From: Mobula hypostoma
Lineage: Eukaryota
NCBI RefSeq assembly: GCF_963921235.1
Contig: NC_086109.1
Span: 84,568,001-84,632,000 of the forward strand
Direction of reading: 5' to 3'
Length of the DNA: 64,000 nt
Part shown: positions 26,301 to 38,300 of the stretch, piece by piece
Layout of the letters: each line of letters begins with the position of its first letter
Numbering within the stretch: position 1 is the stretch's first letter
Program-made: the position numbers and the translations under genes
The notes under the pieces: generated by a model
The model's input: only the letters and a program-made list of their open reading frames with translations
Told to the model about the DNA's origin: nothing
Databases searched by the model: none

Positions 26301-29300
26301 GTCTGGAATACCAGACGGCACCTCGGTTATTCTAGGAATCCCAGACAGCTCCCCACTTATGTCTGGAATACCAGAGGGCACTTCGGTTATTCCAGGAATC
26401 CCAGACGGCTCTCCACTTATGTCTGGAATACCAGACGGCACCTCGGTTATTCTAGGAATCCCAGATGGCTCCCCACTTATGTCTGGAATACCAAACGGCA
26501 CCTCGGTTATTCTAGGAATCCCAGACGGCTTCCCACTTATGTCTGGAATACCAGAGGGCACTTCGGTTATTCCAGGAATCCCAGACGGCTCTCCACTTAC
26601 GTCTGGAATACCAGACGGCACCTCGGTTATTCTAGGAATCCCAGACGGCTCCCCACTTATGTCTGGAATACCAGACGGCACCTCGGTTATTCTAGGAATC
26701 CCAGACGGCTCTCCACTTATGTCTGGAATACCAGACGGCACTTCCGTTATTATAGGAATCCCAGACGGCTCTCCACTTATGTCTGGAATACCAGACGGCA
26801 CTTCCGTTATTCTAGAAATCCCAGACGGCTCCCCACTTATGTCTGGAATACCAGACGGCACCTCGGTTATTATAGGAATCCCAGACGGCTCCCCACTTAT
26901 GTCTGGAATACCAGACGGCACCTCGGTTATTATAGGAATCCCAGACGGCTCCCCACTTATGTCTGGAATACCAGACGGCACCTCGGTTATTCTAGGAATC
27001 CCAGACGGCTCCCCACTTATGTCTGGAATACCAGACGGCACCTCGGTTATTATAGGAATCCCAGACGGCTCCCCACTTATGTCTGGAATACCAGACGGCA
27101 CCTCGGTTATTATAGGAATCCCAGACGGCTCCCCACTTATGTCTGGAATACCAGACGGCACCTCGGTTATTATAGGAATCCCAGACGGCTCTCCACTTAT
27201 GTCTGGAATACCAGACGGTACCTCGGTTATTCTAGGAATCCCAGACGGCTCCCCACTTATGTCTGGAATACCAGACGGTACCTCGGTTATTATAGGAATC
27301 CCAGACGGCTCTCCACTTATGTCTGGAATACCAGATGGCACCTCAATTATTTCAGGAATCCCAGATGGCTCCCCACTAACATCTGGAATTCCAGATGGCT
27401 CTTCAATTATTTCAGGAATCCCAGAAGGCTCCCCACTATCATCTGGGATTCCAGACGGCACCTCAGTTATTTCTGGAATCCCAGAAGGCTCCCCACTAAT
27501 ATCTGGGATTCCAGACGGTACCTCAATTATTTCTGGAATCCCAGAAGGCTCCCCACTTATGTCCAGAATCCCTGAAGGCTCCCCACTAATATCAGGAATC
27601 TTTGAAATATGTTCCTCAATAGGCCCTTTCCCAACTTCAGAAAGTTCAGTGGCTATTGTTGGATATTCCCGCTCTTCTGAAGGTAGCAAGATTACCTGGA
27701 TTCCAGAAGGTTCCCCACTTACATCAGATATCCCAGAAGGTTCCCCACTTATTTCAGGTATTCCAGAAGGTTCTCCACTAATATCAGGTATTCCAGAGAG
27801 TTCTCCACTAATGTCAGGTATTCCAGTTGGTTCCCCACTAATTTCGGGAATTTCAGGTTCGCCACTAATATCTGGTAATCCAGAAGGCTCTCCGCTAATA
27901 TCAGGAATTCCAGGTTCCCCACTATTATCGGGTATTCCAGAAGGTTCTCCACTAATATCAGGTATTCCAGTAGGTTCCCCACTTATTTTAGGTATTCCAT
28001 AAGGTTCTCCACTAATATCTGGTATTCCAGAAGGTTCACCACTAATATCTGGTATTCCAGAAGGTTCTCCGCTAATATCAGGTATTCCAGAAGGTTCTCC
28101 ACTGATGTCAGGTATTCCAGAAGGTTCCCCACTAATATCTGGTATTCCAGAAGGTTCTCTGCTTATATCAGGTATTCCAGATGGTTCTCCACTGATGTCA
28201 GGTATTCCAGAGGGTTCCCCACTAATATCAGGTATTCCAGTAGGTTCACCACTAATATCGGGTAATCCAGAAGGTTCCCCACTTACATCAGGTATTCCAG
28301 AAGGTTCCCCACTTATATCAGGAATTCCAGAAGGTTTTCTACTAATATCTGGTAATCCAGAGGGTTCTCCACTTATATCAGGAAATCCAGAAGGTTCTCC
28401 GCTAATATCTGGTAATCCAGAAGGTTCTCCACTAATATCTGGTAATCCAGAAGGTTCTCCACTAATATCAGGTAATCCAGAAGGTTCTCCACTTATATCG
28501 GGTATTCCAGAGGGTTCTCCACTAACATCTGGTATTCCAGAAGGTTCTCCACTAATATCTGGTATTCCAGAAGGTTCCCCACATATTTCCAGAATTCCAG
28601 AAGGTTCTCCACTAATATCCAGTAATCCAGAAGGTTCCCCACTCACTTCAACTTCTGGCACAGGTGTTATGTCAGCAGATCCTGAAAGAAAACATAAAAG
28701 GGAACTTAGAGACGGTGTACAGTATGCAGTTTTTATTTAGACAGCGCTTTGGGCCCTCTTGCCTCTGAACAATCTCTCTTGCCATAGATCCCACATCCTG
28801 TATCCCTCTGTTATTTCAAAATGAGAAACGCTTGAACAGAGTTTGCAGAACTTATAATGCACCATTCCTGGACCATGTGTCTGGCTCCATGCTCTCGGCG
28901 AAACTATCAGAGAGCTGAGGAAAACATAGGAGAATGAAGAATAAGGCATGTGTGAATGTTTTGGCAACACTCATGTTTCGAGGCTGCTTGACCTGCCGGA
29001 GGAACTCAGATGGTCAATCATCATTGATGGAGGGCAATGAACAGCTGACGAAATCATTGCTCCAACCACGTGGTTGATCTTCCATTGTCAGCTGCCGTTG
29101 AGCCAAAATATTCAATGAAGCCTGGGCAACAATTCATTGGCAAGTTATAGAACTATGCAGTATAATTTCTATACTGCACTCAACGGTAAAGCTGAATAGT
29201 ATGGGAACAAGTCCTTTGGCCCAACACATCCATGTCAACCAAGATATCTAGCCAAGCCAGTCCCATTTTTGCCCATATCTTTCGAAACCTGCAGCAGCCT

Positions 29301-32300
29301 GGAAGATGTGCACCTTCACGGTGTGGTCCTGTGGGTGAACCACTTTGACGCTGATATTCCTAATTGAAGTGTCGTAGGAGACTGATACATTGGGACAGCA
29401 GGCAGTGTGCCCTGCTGTCGGAAGATGGCCCCTATACTCGACTGACCCTCTCTCGTTTGATGGTGAGTGAGAGCCTGTCGGCCCTCGAGCTGGTGGGGGA
29501 GGGGGGCCCCGGAGAAGTGACGTGGAACAGCAAGTTCTCGCAGTTGTAGGAGCAAACTCGCTCCTCTTTCTCCCTCACTGGTGAGAAAGACCCTATCCGA
29601 GATACCAAAGCGCTGGGTTATGGACTGTAGTTTTTGATGGACTCTAGTTCAAGATCACGTTGGGGGACTTTGGCTATTGCTTGCCTGGTTGGAGGGGGCT
29701 TCAGTGTTTCTACCATTGCAAGTGGTGGGAGGGAGAGGGTGAGGGTTAACGATTCTGCTGCTGCTTGTATGTGGGAGGGCAGTGAGGGGCCTTGGGGCTG
29801 AAATACTCCTCTCATTTATTCTCTGGGTTTTTTGATTCATGGACGTCTGTGAAGAGTAAGAATTTCAGGTTGTGTACTGTATACATTCTCTGAAATGAAA
29901 TTGAACCTCTGAACCTTTCTTATTCATTTGTCTGTACAACTGTCTTTTAAAATTTGTTATTCTATTTTATCATATTTTCTTATGACAAAGAAAGCTATTC
30001 AGCCCATTGAATCTATGCCAGCTCTCAGATCGTCTCTCTCACTTCCCCACTTCTATCTCACATGTGTCCATCAAATTCCACCGCCCCCCCCCATTCGGAT
30101 TTCTGTATCGCCTGCCTACAGTAGGAGTAATTTACAACAGCCCAATAGTGCAAAAAGCTACACTACTGTAAACTGAGAGGAAACCGGAGCAGAAGGGAGA
30201 AATACAAACACAACTGCAATAGTGTGAAGGCACTACACAGGCAGTACCAAGGCTGGGACTGAACCTGTGTCACTGCAAACCCAAACACCCAATCATTTGT
30301 CTCCCAGTGTAACACAAGGTTCTCTCTCAGTACCATAACTTGCCAATCATTGTAAATTATCTGAGAGAAGGAGGTGATTTAACCCACTATATCCATGCTA
30401 ACTGCATGGGGTGGTATGGTAGTGCAGTGGTTAGCACAACGCTTCACAGTACAGGTGACCCAGGTTCAATTCCCACTGTGGCCTGTAAAGAGCTTTGTAC
30501 GTTCTCCCTGTGGCTTTCGGGAGTTGCTGAGTGGTGTGAGGGGCCCACTGCACACTGTTTCTCAATAAATAAATAACAAATTGATTATGTTAATCTGTTT
30601 CTTGGCCCATAGATTAGAACATGCCAAATACTCATCTTAAACATGATGAGTTTCAGATGCCCACCTTCAGTGAGTAGAAAGACACATCTCCCTTCGCCCA
30701 TTACCTTAGATCTGTTCCCCAGTGATACAGTCCTCTCTGTTATAAAAATAGGTCTATCCTGTTAAAACTGTGAATGTCTTCAATGATTTCCCAATCACAT
30801 TTCTCTCCAGTTATTAACATAATACCACTTAGCATCTTTAGAAATGAAGGGATAAATTTATAAATATATAATTTGCAGCTTTTTAATGGGAGAAAGTTCA
30901 GTTGCTCTAATATTTGGTTGCTTGGCAGTCAGTGTCAGTCAGTAACAATTTCCTGCCTTCTTGTCAACAAACTCACCAGGCTCTACTGTAGGTGTTGCAG
31001 TTGCCAAGAGTTCCTTATCCTCTTCAGTTATGGGATATAGATCTGGGATGGATTCAGTGGTGGCCTCAGAAATTTGGGATACTGTAGGTAATTCAGGAGG
31101 TAGTATCTCCACCCGAGGCACCACCTGGGTTGCTATGGTCTCTTCAATCACACCGATTGTGATGGTGGGTTGCTCAGTAGTCTCCTTGACAAATACATCG
31201 GTTTTGCCTAGCTCGGCTTCCTCTGGCCTCACAGTCCTGGCTATTTCGAGCTCTACCACAGGAGTCTGTGTGACTTCACTCACTGGGATCACAGGTACTG
31301 TCAGCTTCTCGACCTCGGGCCTCCTCGTCACCACGGGAGTTATGGCATCTGAAACATATTAAAAAAAGCAACAAAACCATTTTATTCTGAAGATTCACTT
31401 AAAATATTACTGTAAAATAAAAGCTCTTGCCAGTGAGAAAATGCCAAAAAGTATAATGGAAACTTTCCAAGGTGATTTCCCAATCTCACACTTCAACATC
31501 CTGTAATGGGTGACAAAGTTGCTTACACCTTTCCTGGGATGCTTCTGCTAATTCTGTACCAACATTACGGGAGAAGAAGAGGAGAAGTTGCTGTCGATCA
31601 TAGCTGGTCACTAACCGCAGTTAACTACTGCCTCTCAGTTTATGCCCTCGCTTCCTTTCAGCTTTTGAATCTTTAGGTCCATGGCCTACATCTCTCACAA
31701 GGCTTCATAATTCAGATAAAGCCTTTTCATGCTGTTTTTATCTGTTTGAGTGAGAAATCAGGAATGATGTACATAGATGTGTTCTCTCTGTTCAAGAGAG
31801 GATATACTTACATTGGAGAAACTTGACAAGGTTTACTAGGCTGATTGCTGAGATAAACTTGTTATATGAAGAATGGTTGAGCAAACGTGTACATATTGGA
31901 TTTTAAAAACTGAAAAGTCATCTCCTTGAATCTTTTAAAATTATAATGCCTAGAATAATAATACTCCATTATTCATCTTTTACCTTGTTATTTATCTTTC
32001 GCACTATTTAGTAATTTTTGTGTCTTGCACTGTACTGCTGCCCCGAAACAAGGAATTTCACGACATATGTCAGTGATAGCAATGGAGGAATTCTGTCAGA
32101 GGGACGTGAATCTTCGGAATCCTCTACACAATAAGCTGTAGTGACTGAGCAATTGAACATCATGGATTTTCGGACTGTTGGGAATTCAACAGACACTTGG
32201 GAACAAGGCAGAAAAGTGCAGGCAAAGCCAAGGCCTGCAATCTTATTCAATGGCAGAGTAAGTCTGAGGAGCTACGTGGATTACTTAGCCCCCAATTACT

Positions 32301-35300
32301 CTGTTCATGTGTTTTGTTTATTACCATCATGTTGAATACCTGAGTTATATGAGCATTTTTTTACCAGCATCATAGATTCCTTATGCATCATAGATAGTCT
32401 CCTTCAGTGACAGTATATAAATTTATAATAGACTACCAATATATATTTTTGCTTATGGCACGGTCATGTACTGTTAGCACAATGCTTTACAGTACCAGTG
32501 ACCGGGGTTCAATTCCAACCGCTGCTTGTAAGGAGTGTGTACATTCTCCCCGTGACTGCGTGGGATTCCTCCGGGTGCTCTGATTTGCTCCCACAGTCCA
32601 AAGATGTACTGGTTGGTAGGTTAATTAGTCATTGTAAGTTGTCCCGTGATTAGGTGAGGGAGATGATTAGGCTGTGTGGCTCGAAGGGCTGGAAGGGCAT
32701 ATTCAGTGCTGAATCTCAATAAACAAATAAATAAACAATTCCAAATAAACAGTGTCTTTCAGAGACAGTATACAAACTTATGATAGAATACCAGTAGACG
32801 TTCTTTCCTAAAGTTTATCCTACTGCTTTATATTTGATAATTGATGCAGGCCACACTCATATATAACGTGTCGATGAGGATAAACTTTCGCAAAGAACGT
32901 ATTTTGGTGGTCTATTATGAATTTGTATACCTTAGCTGAAGGAAACATTAATGATAAGTCAAAGAAACATTCTCTCAAGGTGTAGACTGCTTTACCAGTG
33001 TAATAAATATATTGACTATATTAATTTTAATTGTATTTGAAGCTTAAACCTCAAATTTTCTTTCCTTTTTAATGATTTTTATAGCACTAATAAAAATACT
33101 TCAGGATCTTAGGCTCACAATCTTAGTGTCAGTCTCGCTCAGATGCTAACATAACATGGGATAGAAAGGGAGCTAAATTTGTTCCTACATTTCTCAGAAA
33201 CTTGTTACCGGGCATTAGTGCTGAGGATCAGATTCTTGTGTAAAGCAGACTGTACAATATTCCAGTAACAAGCAACATATACTCAACTAAGGGTATTCTT
33301 CATAGTTGTGTAGTCTAGGTCTGACCTCTGAAGACAGCTATACCAGTTTGATTGTGACATTTTTGCCATTTTCACACCAAGCATCCTTGTAGAGCCATTT
33401 TGCAATTTATGGTTTGTCTTTTAGGAATACATCATCATCATCATCATCAGGTGCCATGCCCAGTTTGAGCTTTGACTGCCATGGCCCACACACTCCTGTT
33501 TCGGGTCAAGTGGATCAATTTAGGAATACATGCAGACTGAATAAATTCTGTATCAGCTCCATTGGAGATGAGTCTTTGCTAAATGGTAAACAGTCTACGA
33601 GAGGAACTCAGAGGATCAAGTAGCACCTGTGGGGGAATTGATTTGGGTTGAAACGCTGCATCAGTCCTGAAGCAGAGTTTTGGCCCGAAACTCAGACAAT
33701 TCCTTTCCCCTCCACAGATGCTGCTTGGCTTGCTGAGTTCCTCGAGCAGACTGTTTGGAGTTCCAGATTCCAGCATCTGCAGTCTCTTGTGTCTTTGTTC
33801 ATTGAAGTTGGGTGGGGTCATACTGCCCCAATCCCACAATTGTTTCATCTTCCACAAGTTTGGGAAATGGAAAGGCATTTCCTTCCTACATACCTCTAAA
33901 GCAGTAGACATCGTAGTGTGACTCTGGGTCAGGGTATCTGGTCTGATCCAGGTTCAGGTACACCGTTCTCACTCCAGCTTGCCCAGTGCCGCAGTATGGT
34001 CTCGGAGTTTGGATAGGGTATCTAACACTGCCGTCTGACAGCCACCCTGCTCGGCACCTGTCCATGCCCTGTTTCCACGCCGCGTACAGCTGGCCAGTGC
34101 TGGCTATCTTCGCGTTATGGCTGAGACAGTAGTCAACTGCTTCGTCATAAGTGAATCCATCTGCCACAGTGGCGTGGAATACCTTCCCTATGAAAAGCCG
34201 GCAGAACGACACAAACTTAATGATAGAAACATAGAAACATAGAAAATAGGTGCAGGAGTAGGCCATTCGGCCCTTCGAGCCTGCACCGCCATTCAGTATG
34301 CCATTGTTTTGCATCAAGACTCATTTTAACTTTTGAATATGTAGTATAATTTTGGAAATAGCATCCACAAAATTTTCAAGAGCTTTTAAAAATTTTAATG
34401 GACAGGTTATATGGTGGTATCATCCTTTACTTTAATAAAGTATAATTTTTTTTTATCATTGTCATTACATTTAACCAACTCATTAGCATAGAGATTATTA
34501 TTTAGGACCTCTGGAATAATACTGTTTTGGCACCTTAGTACAATCTGTCTATTCACTGTTAGAAGGCTTTATTGTACACTTCAAGTCAGGTGGTGTCTTA
34601 TGTGCCCACCACCCTACAGCTTCAGTGCTCTATAGGGTCATAAAGCCATAGAGCACTACAGCACCAAAACAGGCACTTCAGATCATCTAATCCACACAGA
34701 ACTGTTTTTCTGTCTAATTCCATTGGCCCAAACCGGGAACATAGCTCACCATACCCCTCCCATCGCTGTATTTATCCAAACTTCTCTTGAATGTTGCGAT
34801 TGAACCCGCATCCACCACTTCCACTGGTAGCTCGTTCCACACTTGCACCACTCGCTGAAGAAATTCCCCCTCAGGTTCCCCTTAAATATTTCGCCTCTTA
34901 CCCTTAACCTATGACCTCCAGCTGTAGTCTTACCCAATCTCAGTACAAAAAGCCTGTTTGCATTTACTCTGTCTGTACCCCTCATAATTTTGTACATCTC
35001 TATCAAATCTCCCTTCATTCTCCTCTGCTCCATGGAAATAAAATCCTAACCTATTCAACCTTTTCCTATAACTCAGGTCCTAAGTTCATGCCAACATCTA
35101 TGGTAACCATTAAAAAACAAATTAGTTTGTTATAGGATTGGTGGATGGTCCCCTTACATAAGATTTAGCTGTGCCTCTTTGATGCTGAGGAGAATAATTT
35201 TATCCTTCATTTCTTGAGAGGAAATATATCTGCTTAATATAAAATATTACACCTGTCAACCTTCTCGTTATTGGCCTCAAGTTTATTTTGTAACCATTTT

Positions 35301-38300
35301 CCTGTTTCTAGTTCCTTATTGTTGCCGGGTCAAAATTCTGGGAGTCTCTTCCTAACAACATTACACATTCTTAGTAACAGATTAACAGCATTAGTGCCTC
35401 TACTTCCTCAGGAATCCGTGGAGATTCGGCATGTCATTAAAAATCTTGGCAAACTCCAATCAGTGTGTGGTGGGAAGTGTGCTGACTGGCTGCATTATGG
35501 CCTGGTATGGGAACACCAATGCCTTCGAGCAGAAAATCCTGTTAAAGGTAATGGATTTTGTCCCAGTACATCATGGGTAAAACCCTCCCAAACATCGAGC
35601 ACATCTACATGAAACATTGCCATAGGAAAGCAGCATCTATCATCAAAAATCCTCACCACCCAGGCCACGCTCTTTTCATGCTGCTGCCATTGAGTAGAAG
35701 GTACAAGAGCCTCAGGATCTGCACACCAGGTTCAAGAACAGATACTACCCCTCAATCATCAGGCTTTTGAACAAAGGGGTCAACTGCACTTATTTAAGGA
35801 CCATTATTTCATGCTCATTATTTATTGCTGTTTTTTAATATCTGAATTTGCACAGTTTGTTCTACATTGATCCTGTTTACAATTACTGCTCTATGGATTT
35901 GCAAAGTATGCCCGCAGAAAAAGAATCTCAGGGTTGTATGTGGTGACATGTATGGACTCGGATATTACATTTCACTTTGACTTTGACTTTGAGGTGTATA
36001 CCCACACCTCAAGGACCACAGTGGTTCAAGAAGGCAGATCACCACCACCTTCTCAAAGGCAACTTGGAATGAGTAACTAAGTGCTGGCTGATCCCACGTC
36101 CCTTAAATGAATATACAGGTGGCGGGGTGGAGATACATCTCTACCGAAAGAGATATAAAGTACTCCTTCCCTCTACTAGCCTGCAGGTCAGCTTTGGGAA
36201 AGGTGTAGCACCTGCTTAACCCCGTGGTTAGGGTCACCTGAAGCCATGGGAGCAGGTGGTGGATGGTCATATGAGCAACTGGTGCATATCACAAGTCCTG
36301 GTTATGCAACCACTGACATCATGTAGACAATCTCTGAAGAGTATTAATAATGGCTGGGGTCATCCATCTTGTGAAGACACTGCCCAGAAGAAGGAATTGA
36401 CAAATAAGCTCTGTAGGAAAATTTGCCAAGAACAATCTCGGTCATGGAAAGACCATGATTGCCTATGTCACATGACATGGCACATAATGAATAAATGAAA
36501 ATAGTTAAATGAAGATGAAAATGATAAAGAATGTAAAGAACTGAAAATCCTACATCAAGTAATGGATATGGGCCAGTCCATCATGGGTAAAGCCCTCCCC
36601 ACCATTGAGCACATCTACATGAAGCAGGAAAGCAGCATACATCAGCAGGGACCCCCACTCACTGCTGTCATCAGGAAGAAGGTACAGTAGCCTCAGGACT
36701 CACATCACCAGGTTCAGGAACAGTTATTACCCCTCAGCCATCATATTCTTGAACCAAAGGAGATAACTTCACTGAATTTCACTTGCCCCATCATTGAAAT
36801 GTTTCCACAACCCAGGGACTCACTTTTAATGGCTTCTTATCTCATGTTTCTGATATATTGCTTATCTATCTATCTATCTATTTATTATTCTTATTTTTTT
36901 CTTTTTGTCTCTGCACAGCGTGTTGACTTTTGCACATCGGTTGAATGCCCGAGATGGTGCAGTCTTCCATTGATTCTATGATGGTTGTTATTCTATTATG
37001 GATCTATTGAGTTTGTCTACAAGAAGATTAATCTCAAGGTTATATATAGTGACGTTTATGTATTTTGATAATAAATTTACTTTGAACCTTGAAGGCATTG
37101 CAACAAACTTGAATTTTTCACAATTGTTGAAATGAATTCTAAATATTTTATGGCAATAATTTTGGCATCCACACATCATTTACTGTCTCTTACACTTCTT
37201 CTATAGGTCTGCAAACCATGAAATTCGAAGTCCTTATATTTCATACTTGTATCTATAACCTCTATAGTAAACTTCGGGTCACCCAATCTATATTTCTCAA
37301 TATACCACATCTCACATAAGCTGCCTGATTTGCTGAGTGTTTCTAACAGTTTTTGTTCTTAACTTATAATTTCTGGCATCTGGAATCTCTGCTTTTACCT
37401 CTTATGTTGGGGGGGGGTGATTAACTGGATGATTAAGGGGTTGGGACTACGGTTCCCAGGCAAATCTGCATACTGTACCGTTTAGAGCTTCAATGTAGCA
37501 GTAGACATCATAAGTTTCTTCAGGACTGCGAACACCATAACTCCTTACTCCTGGAAAGCCACCCTTGTCACCAAAGCAGCGATCACGAGGGTCAGCCATT
37601 GGGTACCTAAGAATAAGGGGTTTGAGATAAGGAAACTTTACAAATTTATCCCCTAAGTAATAACAATTCTGTGGACAAAGAAAGAACAGCAAGGCCAATC
37701 AGTAGGCAACTTGGATAACTTACTTCAGGGGATCTTTTGATTGAGAATATTATGGCATGAAAGTGGTCAAAGCTTGGAGGAAGGTGAGTGGGGAAGTGTG
37801 AAAAATTGGAAATTGCTTTATATTTATTTCTGTGCTGTCAGTTTTGTTTCATTTAAAAAGCAAAAATCTACATTTTTTCGCTCTACTATGCCACTGGTAT
37901 TGTAGAAATGCGGACTGCAACAACTTAAGGTGGAAGATCATGACTGTCTTTAGGAATAGGCAATAAATGCTGGTTTGCCAGTATTATGCATGTCTTATAA
38001 CAAGATAGGAGAGGGCAACCCAGTATAGATGGGAAGGCCCATTGTAGCCAGGCCAAAGTGAAGGGCACAATTATTGGCAAAGTCTTTTTCTGTTCTGCAA
38101 TGTTTTAGATGCCTATTAAGACTGGTAATCTGTGAGGTTTCAGAAGAATGTAGTTAAATTTAGATCTCTGACTTCTACCTGACACATTGCTGGAATATCA
38201 TGTCAATGATACAGGGTGAGTGCAGTGCTAATAGGTGTTCCTGAGGTGCTGGTGGTGTTGTTAGGGACTACTTAAGTCTCTGTGCCCTAGTTGTAAAGGC

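Noticed and set aside
28581-28583. Cys within CS repeat A as a functional disulfide site
   Set aside because: A single AGT-to-TGT change in one edge unit; most likely drift without orthologue support.
26270-28655. Regular repeat array as a CRISPR-like locus
   Set aside because: There are no unique spacers; it is an in-frame coding tandem repeat inside a spliced eukaryotic exon.
26086-28740. Long + strand ORFs (638 aa and 211 aa, GIPDGSPL repeats)
   Set aside because: Antisense shadows of the ACAN repeat: a stop-free unit repeated many times gives a long ORF, and one variant creates the stop at 28000-28002.
32457-32530. tRNA genes
   Set aside because: A/B-box heads run directly into SINE bodies and do not form full cloverleaves.
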